64,000 bases of DNA from an uncultured Acidimicrobiia bacterium (lineage in GTDB: Bacteria > Acidobacteriota > Terriglobia > Versatilivoradales > Versatilivoraceae). A program made the position numbers and the translations under genes. The notes under the pieces are model-generated. The model saw nothing but the letters and a program-made list of their open reading frames with translations. It had not been told where the DNA came from and did not search any database. This document shows, one piece after another, positions 1-11,178 of this stretch. The stretch covers positions 288,001 to 352,000 of the forward strand of contig CAWBAT010000003.1 in NCBI GenBank assembly GCA_963786955.1, given 5' to 3'. The stretch's first letter is position 1; the number at the start of each line of letters is the position of its first letter.

Positions 1-545
1 ATCACGATTTTGAGGCGAGGTGACTTCATCTCGTCCAGTAATTGTCTTGCTTTAGCAGCCGAATCGATCACATTGGCGATTTCCGGTTCAATGCCCAGAA
101 TGACGTCGTGCCGCTCGGCAATTTCCAAAGCTTGGCTCATCGCGCGGTGCAATTCTTCCCAAGCCTGTGCCGAATCATTATCCGCGTGGCGGCGCCACAT
201 ATTTTCCGGGTCTTTTGTACCCGTGCAGAGAGTAATCACCTGCGTCCCCAGATGTCGGCAGGCTGCCGCCAGCATAGCCAGTCGGCGAATCCCTTCCGTC
301 CGCTTGCCAGGTTCCGGGTGGATCATGTTAAAGGTTCCGGAAACAGCGGCCATGACGACCCCTCGTGACTCGTGGGCCTGCTTGATCTCGGCAGCACATT
401 CCGGGGAAATCTCATCGGGCATGGAGGATGGCCCGGCACAGGCCATATTAAATTGGACACAATCCACACCAGCGGCCTTTACGGCGTCCAAGGTTTCTTC
501 GAGCGTAGGACGGACAAATGTTTTGGCGAAAATTCCAATTTGCAT
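1..545 (-). CDS. Sugar phosphate isomerase/epimerase (TIM barrel), truncated by window edge
   Basis: Absent from the ORF track. Reverse frame from ATG at 545 reads MQIGIFAKTF...GTFNMIHP...LCTGT...LGIEPEIANVIDS and overlaps the upstream gene's stop (TAATG). Confidence 0.8.
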   Translation of the reverse strand, partial: MQIGIFAKTFVRPTLEETLDAVKAAGVDCVQFNMACAGPSSMPDEISPECAAEIKQAHESRGVVMAAVSGTFNMIHPEPGKRTEGIRRLAMLAAACRHLGTQVITLCTGTKDPENMWRRHADNDSAQAWEELHRAMSQALEIAERHDVILGIEPEIANVIDSAAKARQLLDEMKSPRLKIV

Positions 546-1618
546 TACACCGCACCTGTGACAGCTGACAGCCGAATTTTTTCTCCGCTTTCGACGGAGC
601 GTGCAATAGCCACCATGGCTCGCATGGCGGCGACGCCATCATCAATCCTGGCGCCGTGCTGAGAGGCACCATTGAGAATGGTATCCGCAAAGCCTTCGAT
701 CTGTCGTTTGTAGGTGTACGCGTCTTCTCCCAGCGGCCGATGGAACTGGCCATCCTTGACAGAAAAACATTCCACGACGCTCGACAGGTGATACCACGGG
801 AGATAGAATTTGCCTTTAATGCTCCCCTTTTCTCCGTAGACCTGAAACGACTCCTCAAAGTCTCCACGCACAGGAATGGTCAGATCAAGATGACCCAGGC
901 ACCCGTTATCAAAGTCCGTTTCCACAAACCAGCAATAGGCACCAAACCGTTCTGAGAGGCGGGCTCGAACACTGGCAATCTCGCCACCCAAGAATCGGGC
1001 CGTGTCAACCAGGTGGCTTCCGTGCGTTAACATAAAATAGCGGCGCTTATCTGCTTTGGGGTCACCTGTAGGTTTTTTGGCAGAGGGGCTGAGCCTCGGG
1101 ATCGGTTGCAGATTATCCGTCATCGTGTATCGGTAAGTGGAATCGCAATAGTTCGACTTCATGGCCAGTAACTGGCCAATTTCATTCTTGATGAATTGTT
1201 GGGCGAAGGTGGCGCCTGGATCGAATCGCCGATTGTTTCCAACCTGAAACACGAGCTTGGATTCTGCGACACGACGGCGTAACTCCTCACACTCCTCAAT
1301 GGAAACCCCCAAAGGTTTTTCAACCAAAACATGTTTCCCCGCAGCAATAGCCTTAAGACAAAAAGGCACATGAAACTGGTCGGCTGTCGCAATCACAACA
1401 GCTTCTATTTGCGGGTCACCCAGCATCTCATCAAAGTCGCGATAGGTCACTTTCGGTTCGTGGATGGCGGACATCTTGTTGAGCAAGTCTTCAGCGACGT
1501 CACAGATCGCATACAGTTCTGCATTTCGAGACTTCCGGCAGGCATCAAAGTGGGCAAATTGAGAGATCGGGCCACAGCCCAGAATTCCGATTCTAAGAAG
1601 GCGAGAGTCTTTTTTCAT
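545..1618 (-). CDS. Gfo/Idh/MocA family oxidoreductase
   Basis: IGILGCG Rossmann motif, GKHVLVEKP motif, HGSH. Confidence 0.9.
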   Translation of the reverse strand: MKKDSRLLRIGILGCGPISQFAHFDACRKSRNAELYAICDVAEDLLNKMSAIHEPKVTYRDFDEMLGDPQIEAVVIATADQFHVPFCLKAIAAGKHVLVEKPLGVSIEECEELRRRVAESKLVFQVGNNRRFDPGATFAQQFIKNEIGQLLAMKSNYCDSTYRYTMTDNLQPIPRLSPSAKKPTGDPKADKRRYFMLTHGSHLVDTARFLGGEIASVRARLSERFGAYCWFVETDFDNGCLGHLDLTIPVRGDFEESFQVYGEKGSIKGKFYLPWYHLSSVVECFSVKDGQFHRPLGEDAYTYKRQIEGFADTILNGASQHGARIDDGVAAMRAMVAIARSVESGEKIRLSAVTGAV

Positions 1619-1801
1619 GATTTTTTCTTTCGGAATGACAAAAATGAGTTATTTAAGATTTGATACTGGCTATGATTGATGACTTCCTTATTTCAGCATT
1701 TCAGCTGGTTGAGCTAAATCGAAAATAGCCAATCGCAAATAACAGATACCATATGGCCGTTTAACGGGGGCGGACCAAGACTCCACTCCGGCTTCATGGC
1801 C

Positions 1802-3220
1802 CTATACCTCATATCTTTGCCGAAGTGCTTCTCGCAGCGCTTTCAACTGTTTACGATCTGCGACTTCAATTAACGCCTTAAGATGCTCATTCATCGGCAC
1901 ATCTCGCAGTTCACCGGTGCGATGGACCCCTAAAGCCTGTGTCATGGCTTCTGCGCCCACCTTGGGATCAGTTTTGCCGGCAGAATTCTTAATGGAGTTA
2001 ATCGCCGAACCGGCCAGATATAAGACGTTTCCGCTGATTCCGCGTCTCTCAGCATCGGCAAGGTTGAGAATAATATTCCCCTGATCGAGCCCACCGGCTC
2101 GGGCGATCATGGTCGGGTTAATTCCAGGCATGGGACGGGAGAGTATCTCTTCAGATGCTTCCCACTCCGCCCCATAGGGAAAGATGAACGGAGGACCATT
2201 TCGGACAGGAGCGGTTTGACGAAAATCAATCCCATCCAGTCTGGCCAGCAGGTCGATAATCTCGCGCCAGATGGACTTGGTCTTAACACCAATCCCCGCA
2301 TTATGACCGTAAATTGCTGGAGGTTTCTCCATGTGCTTGGTGGCTTCCCGGACCATCCGAACCGTTCCGCCAGCGAAAGTTTCACTAAACATGACACCAG
2401 TTGCCCCGGCTTCCAGCACAGCATGCAAACTTTCCAGGATTTCATGGGGAGAGCCGGAGATATGTGAAGCAAAGATCAGGCCCAGCCCCCCGCGCTTATC
2501 CTTTGCCTTTTGAATCGCAGCGGCAGCCTGGCGGGCTCTTTCGCGAACCGGCGAGTAGTCCAGATTGGGATAGAGGTTTTCATCTTCTTTTGCAAAAAGG
2601 AAGAGCGGACACACTGCTACCTCCTCCACCAGAGCACCGACTTCTTTTGGAATAATGCCTGCAGTCGGTTTCAAGATAGTGCCAAAAGCGGGTTGTTCGG
2701 GTTTGAAGCCTGTTAGTTTGCGGACTCCCTGCGGCCCATAAGCCGGTCCGGGAAAGGTACGAATCACTTTTTCCGGAATCTTGAGTGCGACGAGACGTGC
2801 ATCTTGGTTTTCATAAACGTCAAAGATAATGGCGCCGGCAATGGTATGAAGAATGTCACAAGATGTCAGGTTCCCGTCCGGATGAAGCAGCATCTTCAGC
2901 GGAAAGGCCATGTGGAGGAGACCGATACGACCCGTTGAGTCAAAGGCGTCAACCCCGGCCGCCCGAGCAGTGCATTCCTCTAGCAGAGAGCCTGCCGGCG
3001 GGTGTTTGATTCCGCTGGTTGCGTGGTAGCTGATCTCTTTGGCTGCCTGCTCCAGCTTTTGCGTTCGAAAGGCAAAAAAATAGCTGGCAACAATTTGATC
3101 CTCGAGGCTAGGTGGAGGGTTTTCTGCAAGCCTTCGGCTAACAACTTCCCGCAGCCGTTCTTCGCGGGCGTTGCCGTCATACCAAAGCATATCTAAGGTT
3201 TTTTGATCGAGTAGGTGCAT
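1802..3220 (-). CDS. RuBisCO-like protein (form IV, RLP)
   Basis: FPGPAYG, GTILKP, KEDEN carbamylation-type motif, GGL, LAGS. No small subunit or phosphoribulokinase nearby. Confidence 0.85.
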   Translation of the reverse strand: MHLLDQKTLDMLWYDGNAREERLREVVSRRLAENPPPSLEDQIVASYFFAFRTQKLEQAAKEISYHATSGIKHPPAGSLLEECTARAAGVDAFDSTGRIGLLHMAFPLKMLLHPDGNLTSCDILHTIAGAIIFDVYENQDARLVALKIPEKVIRTFPGPAYGPQGVRKLTGFKPEQPAFGTILKPTAGIIPKEVGALVEEVAVCPLFLFAKEDENLYPNLDYSPVRERARQAAAAIQKAKDKRGGLGLIFASHISGSPHEILESLHAVLEAGATGVMFSETFAGGTVRMVREATKHMEKPPAIYGHNAGIGVKTKSIWREIIDLLARLDGIDFRQTAPVRNGPPFIFPYGAEWEASEEILSRPMPGINPTMIARAGGLDQGNIILNLADAERRGISGNVLYLAGSAINSIKNSAGKTDPKVGAEAMTQALGVHRTGELRDVPMNEHLKALIEVADRKQLKALREALRQRYEV

Positions 3221-3463
3221 TTTCCCTTTCTGTAACTTTGCATTTGGCCAATAAGGTTCGGAGTTTGCCGGCTGACTCTTGCAGACTCAAAGCTGAAGTT
3301 CGAGAAGTTTCCGATAACAGCGAACCAATGAATACAGCCATGAGGTCTCCAGTCTCATGAAGACAAACCGCAAAATTCTATCACATTCGGACACGATTCG
3401 CCCACCCGATCAGAACCTTATGAGGTTGTGAGGGGGGTGAGAAAGCCCCAAGCTTTCAAAGTT

Positions 3464-3832
3464 GTAGGCCGGGTCACCGACCCGGTGCTGGAGATTGGAC
3501 AATTGTTGGTACCCCGGATTCAGTAACGGCGCAGTCTTTCAGATATCCAGCGGCCTGAAGGGCCGCCACAATCTGGCCCAGGGCAGAGTGGAGGGGTAAG
3601 GTCCCGCAGCGCCGCCCTGGGTTGAGATCCCAATGAATCATCGGCGCCCTGAAGGGCACGACAATCCGGACGAGAGATGTGTTGCACCCCTCCAGGGTGC
3701 CCTTTCGCGGGTGGCCCTTGACCCAGGGCGCTGTTCCGGGCTTCGCCCTCCACTTTGCCCTCGGCTATTTTATCTTGCCCTTTCAGGGCAGCGGAAATGT
3801 CCGATCTCCAGGTCCGGGTCACCGACCCGGTG
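3464..3832. repeat. REP-like palindrome cluster
   Basis: ccgggtcaccgacccgg at both ends with several internal (g)ccctgaagggc-type hairpins. Confidence 0.7.
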
Positions 3833-3994
3833 TTAGCGTGCCGTATTTGCGAAAAGCTGCACTAAGCATCAGGCGTTTTCCTGTGAAGACTCGGTTGAAA
3901 GTGTGGAGATTGCAAGACGTGAACCAATGATGCGGATACCAACCCTGTCATCAAATGATCTGGCCGTCGGAACGGAACTCTGGCAAAGCAGAAA

Positions 3995-4987
3995 CTAGCC
4001 TGGCACCGGGGCTTCTTCGCGGATGAATCGTTCATTCTTTAATTCAGCCCAGAAGGCTTGTGGAATGTTTTCTTCGAAGGCCTGAAAATTCTCCACAACC
4101 CGCTCTGGAACCCGAGTGCCCGGAATCAAACAAGTCACGGCGGGGTGAGCCAGTGCAAATTGGGTGGCGGCAGCCTTAAGCGAAACATGGTGACGAGCCG
4201 CGACTGCCTGAATGCCTCGTGCTCTTTCAAGGATTTCGGGCGAGGCATCCTCATAGTTGTACTTGGCGCCCGGACTCAAGTCGCTGGCGAGAATCCCGCT
4301 ATTATAGTGCCCGCCGAGCATGATTCCGATGTTCTTCTGCTGACACAAGGGAAATAGTTCGTCCAATGCCCCCTGCTCCAGCAGACTGTAACGGCCTGCC
4401 AGCAGAAAACAGTCAAAGTCTCCTTCGCGAGCGAAACGCGCCAGCATTTCACATTGGTTCATGCCGGCACTCACGCCGCGAATCACCTTTTGGCGGCGTA
4501 ATTCATCCAGTGCCGGATAAGCCCCCTGAATAGCCTCCTCCCAGTGGTCGTCAGGATCATGGATGTGGAGAATATCGATCCGGTCGAGTTTCAACCGCTG
4601 CAGACTCTCTTCAAAGGAGCGCATGACGCTATCATAGCTAAAATAAAATTTCGGGCGAACCGGAGGGGGACTGCCCCAGAAGGCGTCTTGACTTCGATCG
4701 CCATCCTCTACCGAAACCAGCAAACGTCCCACTTTTGAGGAAAGCACATAACGGTCCCGTGGAACTCCCTTCATTGCGTTGCCCAGGCGAACTTCGCTTT
4801 TCCCGTAGCCATAGAGTGGAGCCGTATCAAACAAGTTGATTCCGAGCCCTAACGCCTGTTGGACGACCGCCGTTGCCTGCTGATCAGGGATATCCCCGTA
4901 AAGGCCGCCCAGGGCAGCGCAGCCGAGTCCCAATCGAGTGACGGGCAATCCCGTTTTCCCCAATATTTTCTTGTCTGTTGGTTTCAT
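3995..4987 (-). CDS. Aldo/keto reductase (D-threo-aldose dehydrogenase-like)
   Basis: LGLGCA, DTAPLYG, SSKVGR, SLQRL, IHDPD motifs. Confidence 0.9.
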   Translation of the reverse strand: MKPTDKKILGKTGLPVTRLGLGCAALGGLYGDIPDQQATAVVQQALGLGINLFDTAPLYGYGKSEVRLGNAMKGVPRDRYVLSSKVGRLLVSVEDGDRSQDAFWGSPPPVRPKFYFSYDSVMRSFEESLQRLKLDRIDILHIHDPDDHWEEAIQGAYPALDELRRQKVIRGVSAGMNQCEMLARFAREGDFDCFLLAGRYSLLEQGALDELFPLCQQKNIGIMLGGHYNSGILASDLSPGAKYNYEDASPEILERARGIQAVAARHHVSLKAAATQFALAHPAVTCLIPGTRVPERVVENFQAFEENIPQAFWAELKNERFIREEAPVPG

Positions 4988-5035
4988 AACGAAAGTATCT
5001 TCTCCTGTTTTCTCACTGAATTCAAGATATGCACT

Positions 5036-5095
5036 GCGCCGGGTGGAGTCACCCGGCCTACAACGGTTGTAGGCCGCATGACCTCATGCGGCGGT
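5036..5095. repeat. GTAG-type REP doublet
   Basis: gccgggtggagtcacccggcctac followed by gtaggccgcatgacctcatgcggc. Confidence 0.65.
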
Positions 5096-5128
5096 TGGTG
5101 GTGTGAAATCCGGCTTCGCCCCTAGAAA

Positions 5129-5794
5129 TTAGAATCGTCCATATCGCTTGAACGCGTCTACGGGGTGGACTCCCTCGAGAATTGCTTTCCGCAGCAGATT
5201 TTCAGTGTGGATGACTTCCTCCGCCTTCGTGATCACCTCTTCAGCGATCGTTTGCGGAATGATAAGCACTCCGTCACGATCGCCTGATACATAGTCCCCT
5301 GGCTGAATCTCGACGGTCCCGATCTTAATCGGTGTTTTGTAGTCCACGAGCCGCCAGCGACCGACGATGTCCAGCGGGGTAGTATACCGGGAAAAGATAG
5401 GGAACCCGAGCTTGAGAATGTAATCCGTATCCCGCGCCCCCCCATCGATGACAGCTCCTCGCGCCCCTCTAAATTTCGCGGTCTCGCACGAGAGTTCCCC
5501 AATATGGGCGCAGGTGTTGTCGTTGGGTTGGCTGACAATGACATCGCCAGGGCGAAGATCGCCCAGCATCTTGAGAAAAGGAAGGAAGACAACTTCCGGA
5601 TCGGTACTGGCCACCAACTCACCCTGGACCGTCATCGCACGACCCGCCAGTGTCTGGCCGCGTTGAATGGCTTGAATGGAATGAGGTAAAACCTGGTTGG
5701 TAAATCCCATCTCATCCAGGATATCGCTGATAGCACCTGTGTACGGAATGGCCGCCAGTCGATCGACAAGGCTTTTTTTGTTTTCATGACTCAT
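5129..5794 (-). CDS. RraA family / HMG-aldolase-like protein
   Basis: ISDILD, IGEL, GAVIDGGARD, PGDY.GDRDGV motifs. Confidence 0.9.
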   Translation of the reverse strand: MSHENKKSLVDRLAAIPYTGAISDILDEMGFTNQVLPHSIQAIQRGQTLAGRAMTVQGELVASTDPEVVFLPFLKMLGDLRPGDVIVSQPNDNTCAHIGELSCETAKFRGARGAVIDGGARDTDYILKLGFPIFSRYTTPLDIVGRWRLVDYKTPIKIGTVEIQPGDYVSGDRDGVLIIPQTIAEEVITKAEEVIHTENLLRKAILEGVHPVDAFKRYGRF

Positions 5795-5919
5795 GAACTT
5801 AAGTCTCCTATTCGTGATTCTTCAAAAGGGTGAATGGTCATAGTCTCGCCATTGCACCTGTTATCGCGGTGTGCAAATCAGGGTGATAATTTCAGAGGCC
5901 GTTTCATGGGGCACTTCGC

Positions 5920-5964
5920 CCGTCACCCCGCCTTCGGCGCCCCTCTCCCCAATGGGAGAAGGGC
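5920..5964. repeat. REP hairpin (cctctccc...gggaga class)
   Basis: gccttcggc and ctctcccc-aat-gggaga hairpins; same class as the target of the IS110 at 60527. Confidence 0.6.
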
Positions 5965-6220
5965 TTGGGGATGAAGGGTGCGTCATTATGTTTTGTAATC
6001 CTCAATAGGTTGACCTCACTAACGTGAGAGCGGTTCGGGCTGTCTTCTCCATCACTACGAAATCCACATTGACAAAGTGTCATTTTATTTAGACTAATAG
6101 GATTCGCAAATGAAAATCGCCTGCAGTGGATTGGTAGCATGGGGCGCGGTTTTTGGTTTATTCAAGATTCTGAATAGGAAGCGGAGAAGGGAATGGCCAC
6201 ATGGCCGAGGGGAGAGCTGG

Positions 6221-7366
6221 ATGACGATCCGTTTGCGCGGGATCACCTGGAATCACACCCGTGGGTATTTGCCTATGGTCGCCACGGCGCAGCGATTTGC
6301 TGAAATCGTTCCGGGATTTGATGTCGCCTGGGAGAAGCGCCACCTGAAGAGTTTTAGCGAAGATCCGGTCGAAGGGCTGGCCGATGGATTTGATTTGCTG
6401 GTGGTGGATCATTCATCTCTTGGTGAAGTTGTCGAACGCGGCCTTTTGATTCCGCTGGATGAGCATTTACCCAAAGAGTTTCTGGACGATCAAGCGAAGC
6501 ATTCCGTTGGCAAGTCGCATGAGAGTTATCAATGGGAGGACCACCAGTGGGCCCTGGCGATTGATGCGGCCGCTCCGGTGAGTGCCCGACGCTCGGTTTT
6601 GCTCGAACAGTCAGGACTCACGGCCCCCAAGACTTGGAAGGAGCTGATCAATCTGGCTCGGCGAGGGTGGGTGGCCGTTCCAGGAACTCCCCTCGACTGC
6701 CTCTTAAATTTCTATATGCTCTGTTCCTCGCTGGGGGAAGACCCCTTCAGTCGGGGCGGGAATCTGGTCAGTCATTCCGTTGGCGTGCAAGCCCTCAGCC
6801 TGTTACGGGAACTGATGAATCTGTGTCCGGAAGTTTGTTACTCGTGGGACCCTGTTACCTTGTTTGAGGCGATGGCCTCTCATGACAATATTGGATACTG
6901 CCCTTTTGCAATTGGTTATGTGAATTATTCCCGCAATGGATATGCGAGTTATCGCCTCCAATTTGGAGACTTGGTGACGCTCGAGGAACAAGGGCCGCTC
7001 CGCAGTGCGCTGGGAGGAAAAGGGCTGGCGATTTCTTCGCGTTGCCAGCATCTTCAGGAAGCATTGGAATATGCCCGGTTCATTGCCAGTCCGTTATGCC
7101 AGCGCGGCCTCTACTTTGAAAGTGGAGGGCAACCGGGTCATCGCAAGGCATGGCTGGACAAGACCATAAATCTCGAGAGTCTTGATTTTTTCCAGAATAC
7201 CCTGGCGGCATTGGATCGGGCTTACCTGCGGCCGAGGTATAAAGGGTATCTTCAATTAGAGAGACACGCCGGCCTCATCGTTCAGGAACATTTGCGGGCC
7301 GGAGGGGACGCAGCGGAGGTTCTCAACAGCTTGCAAGGGCTGTACGAACGCTCCCGGGTGTCCTGA
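6221..7366 (+). CDS. ABC transporter carbohydrate-binding protein (orphan)
   Basis: LRGITWNHTRG, ALAIDAA, LGGKGLAIS. Probable start 6221 after a GGAG-like RBS. Confidence 0.8.
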   Translation: MTIRLRGITWNHTRGYLPMVATAQRFAEIVPGFDVAWEKRHLKSFSEDPVEGLADGFDLLVVDHSSLGEVVERGLLIPLDEHLPKEFLDDQAKHSVGKSHESYQWEDHQWALAIDAAAPVSARRSVLLEQSGLTAPKTWKELINLARRGWVAVPGTPLDCLLNFYMLCSSLGEDPFSRGGNLVSHSVGVQALSLLRELMNLCPEVCYSWDPVTLFEAMASHDNIGYCPFAIGYVNYSRNGYASYRLQFGDLVTLEEQGPLRSALGGKGLAISSRCQHLQEALEYARFIASPLCQRGLYFESGGQPGHRKAWLDKTINLESLDFFQNTLAALDRAYLRPRYKGYLQLERHAGLIVQEHLRAGGDAAEVLNSLQGLYERSRVS

Positions 7367-7452
7367 GGGAAAAAGGGTGACGCTGGTTTGACGCCAGACG
7401 ACGCAGTGAGCGATCACATGCGATCGCGTGTGGCGGGGAGGCAGCGGGCTAA

Positions 7453-7678
7453 CTAGTTTCTGTCCCGAAACTATATGATTGCATGAAGACACCCCTCCTC
7501 AGCTGAGGAGGGGATGTGGCGCGCAACGCCGCAGGGGTGGTGTGAGTTGCCGCAATACCGATACTGGCTTGGCCTCTCCAGGATTGTTCGAACCACCCCG
7601 CCGCGGCCTGTGGCTGCGGCTGCCCCTCCTTATCCAATGGAGGGGAGCCTTGTTGCCGAATTTAGCGACAGAAACTAG
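7453..7678. mobile_element. MITE-like element enclosing REP hairpins
   Basis: Terminal IR ctagtttctgtc / gacagaaactag with two internal cccctcct...ggagggg hairpins. Confidence 0.6.
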
Positions 7679-7786
7679 CTAGAATTCTTTTCATAGAAAG
7701 TCGGAAAAACAACTGAAGGCACCCATTTCTCCTAACATCAGGTTCCTGGAAGAACTGGAAGCAGTGCCGACTACTTTGGAGGTTTC

Positions 7787-10700
7787 ATGTCACGCAAGCC
7801 CGCCTTCTGGATCGTACTCGCCTTGATTTCCTTGTCGGGAATCTTCTTCACCTTTAAATATTTTTCGGAAGCTTTTCCCATCGTCACGCTCGACTTGAGC
7901 ATGGATCGAGCCGGCGCGCTCAAGTTGGCTGCAGATCTGACTGCCAAGTACCAATGGGGCCCTAAGGATTACTCTCCTGCCGCTTCCTTTGACCTTGATA
8001 GCGAGGTGCAAAACTACGTTGAACTGGAAGTCGGCGGGAGCAGAGCCTTTAAAGAGTTGCTAAAGGGGGGATTTTATTCTCCTTACCTGTGGCGGGTGCG
8101 TCATTTTAAGGAGGGCGATCCTAACGAAACCGTGATTCGTTTCACACCGGATGGCAAACCCTATGGTTTTCGCGAGAGACTGGCTGAAGATGCTCACGGC
8201 GCCAGTCTTTCCCCTGAAGAGGCCCGGATCATCGCGGAGAAGGCTGCCACTGAACAATGGCAAATCCTCCTCAACCAGTATGTGGCCGTAGAAACTTCAC
8301 AGGAAGAGCGGCCTGGAGGACGGCGCGATCACACTTTCGTTTACGAACGCCCGAATCAAAAAATGGGAGAAGGTCTGTATCGCTTGCGACTCGTGGTGGG
8401 AGGGGATCGTTTAACGGAATTGACGCACTTCATCAAGATCCCGGAGGCTTTTGAACGCCGTTACGAAGAGATGCGTTCAGCTAATGAAACCCTTGCCTCC
8501 GTCGCGCAATACTTGGTGTTGATTCTTTACCTTGGAGGGGGATGCGTCGTCGGACTCTTCTTTTTGCTTCGCCAACGCTGGGTCAGCTGGAAAAAACCTT
8601 TGGCTTGGGCTGCGTTTATTGCTTTCCTGAATTTACTGGGTGGTCTGAGCGCCTTGCCTTTGAGCTGGATGTCATACGAGACCGCACTTTCTGCGCGCGC
8701 TTTCTTGACTAAGGAGATTCTCTCTGAAATCGGCGGTTTTGCACTCTGGACAATGGTTCTTACCTTGACATTTATGGCGGCAGAGGGGTTGACCCGAAAA
8801 GCCTTCCCCCAGATGATCCAACTTTGGAAACTCTGGTCACCGGACACAACCAGCAGCTATTCGGTTTTAGGACGCACCCTTGGCGGATACCTGATCGTTG
8901 GTTTCGACTTTGCGTTTGTGGTGGCGATTTACTTTGTCACGACCCGGCATTTTGGATGGTGGACCCCTTCCGATGCACTGTTTGAGCCAAACTTGTTGGC
9001 AACTTATCTGCCGTGGCTATCGGGGGTAGCTCAATCCCTCCAGGCAGGGTTCTGGGAGGAATGTCTTTTCCGGGCCGTGCCCCTCGCTGGCGCAGCTCTC
9101 ATTGGACAACGGCTGGGCAAGAGAAATCTTTGTATCGTGATCGCATTTATCCTCCAAGCCCTGGTCTTTGGCGCCGGCCATGCCAATTATCCCAGCCAGC
9201 CAGCCTATGCACGGCTCGTTGAGTTGATCATTCCCTCCTTTGTCTTCGGAGGAATCTATCTGACCTACGGACTGCTGACTTCCATCATCTCTCATTTTGT
9301 TTTTGATGTGGTCTGGTTCTCCTTACCTCTCTTCATCTCCACGGCGAAGGGCATTTGGATCGATCGGGCAATTGTCATCCTGTTGACCCTCACTCCATTG
9401 TGGGTTGTTTTGCGGGCACGTCTTAAAAAGGGAGCCTGGGGGACTGTCCCGGAAGAGGCATACAATCGTGCCTGGAAGCCCAGTGAACAAAGGATCGAAA
9501 CGGGCGCAACTCGAGTGACCGAGATCACAGAACTTCGCCCTAGGGTCTCGTTGCGTTGGTTAATGGTTGGGGCATTGATTGGAATAGCCCTTTGGATTAC
9601 CAGCACAAATTTCAACCAAGATGGACCGTTTATTGCGGTAGGCCGCCGCTCCGCGGTAGAAATCGCGCGCCAGACCCTCGAGAAAAAAGGTGTTGTGCTG
9701 AATTCGGAATGGAAGGTTTACCCTTCGATTCGCGGCAATGTGGATTCCCAGGACCGATTTGTCTGGCAGACTGGCGGCCGGAAGATCTACCAGCAGCTAA
9801 TGGATCCCTATCTGCCGCCTCCTGGATGGAATGTACGATTTGCACGATTTAGTGGGGATGTCGCGAAACGGGCGGAAGAATACCACGTGGACATCGGAGC
9901 GAGCGGCGAAGTCATCCGCTTCCAGCATATCCTTCCGGAAAAAGCTCCGGGTGACAGTCTGCCAGAGGCTCAAGCTCGAGCGTTAGCTCATGAATCCTTA
10001 AGAGCGGCATTGCGGTTAGAGCCTGATGGGTTAAAAGAAATTTCCGCTGTGCCTGGCAAGCTTCCAGCTCGCACGGATTGGACTTTCACTTTTTCTGACC
10101 CGAAAAAATATCCTTTAAAGGAAGGCCAGGCTCGAACGGTTATCCTTCTGGCAGGAAAAGAATTGGCAGATGCTTATTTTTATATTTTCGTCCCGGAAGA
10201 GTGGGAACGACGGGAAACCGCCAGGTCGATACATTACGAGACCTGATCGTCATCTGCTGTTGGGCATTTCTCTTATTGGGGTTTTTAGTGGCCGGGATCA
10301 TGGCGATTGTGCAGTGGAGCCGTAGGAAATTTCCGGTTTCAACCTTTCTTTTCTTCTTTGCCGTTTCCGGTCTCGCCCATATCGTGAGCTTCGTCAATCA
10401 CTGGCCCGTCACCCTCTCGAACCTTTCTACCGCAGAGCCCGTGACCCATCAGCTATTTAAGACCATCACCGGCGGGCTTGTCAGCATCTTGCTGCAGTCT
10501 TCGTTCGTAGCGTTGGTAATGGGATATCTACAAACAAAGCTCTCGGAAAAGACCGGATTCGAGCCCGACACTGTTTGGATCCGGGGAGTCTCGGTGGCTT
10601 TGATTTTCTCAGGGCTGCTCGCTTTATTAAATCATTTTGGCGCGCCTTCGCTCGCCCCACGATTCGCAGATTACGGGCACTGGGGTACCTATGTTCCCCT

Positions 10701-11178
10701 GCTGGATAGTGCCTTGGGCGCGGTCACCGAATTGATCAATAGCATTGCCATGATCTTGCTTTACTTTGTGTTTGCGGATCGACTGTCTGCCAGTTGGTCA
10801 CGAAAGAAGCTGGTAGTTTTTTTCTTTTTCCTGATTTTGGGATTGTCTCTGGCGGGCTTGCAGGAAATTGAGAGCATCAAGTACTGGGCCTTTTCTGGTC
10901 TCCTCTCAGGATTATTGATGTGGGGAGCTTACGTTCTGGTCTTCCGATTTGGGCTGCTCAGCCTGGCTTTTTCAGTCGGGACGGTGATCGTTCTCGGAGC
11001 CATCAAGCAAGCAGTCTACCATCCATTCCCTCATGCAGTCCTAGCAGGCCTTGTGCAAATCATAACCGTTGGCGTGTTGAGCTACTATTGTGTCAAAAAA
11101 CTGGAAGGCCAGGGCAGCTCAACGAGGTGTCTGATTGAGCATCGGGTGGCGCACCCATTAGAAGGCCTTTGTCAATAG
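7787..11178 (+). CDS. Large CPBP (CAAX/Abi) family intramembrane metalloprotease; frameshift near 10240, 3' end runs into the IS
   Basis: WEECLFR, FGAGH, IISH motifs and many TM segments. ORFs 7787-10246 and 10201-11178 are joined. Confidence 0.8.

Noticed and set aside
10-561. Plus-strand 183-aa ORF and similar antisense ORFs
   Set aside because: These are shadows of real genes on the opposite strand.
1802-3220. CO2-fixing RuBisCO
   Set aside because: Several RuBP-binding residues appear absent, no Calvin-cycle genes are nearby, and the context is catabolic.
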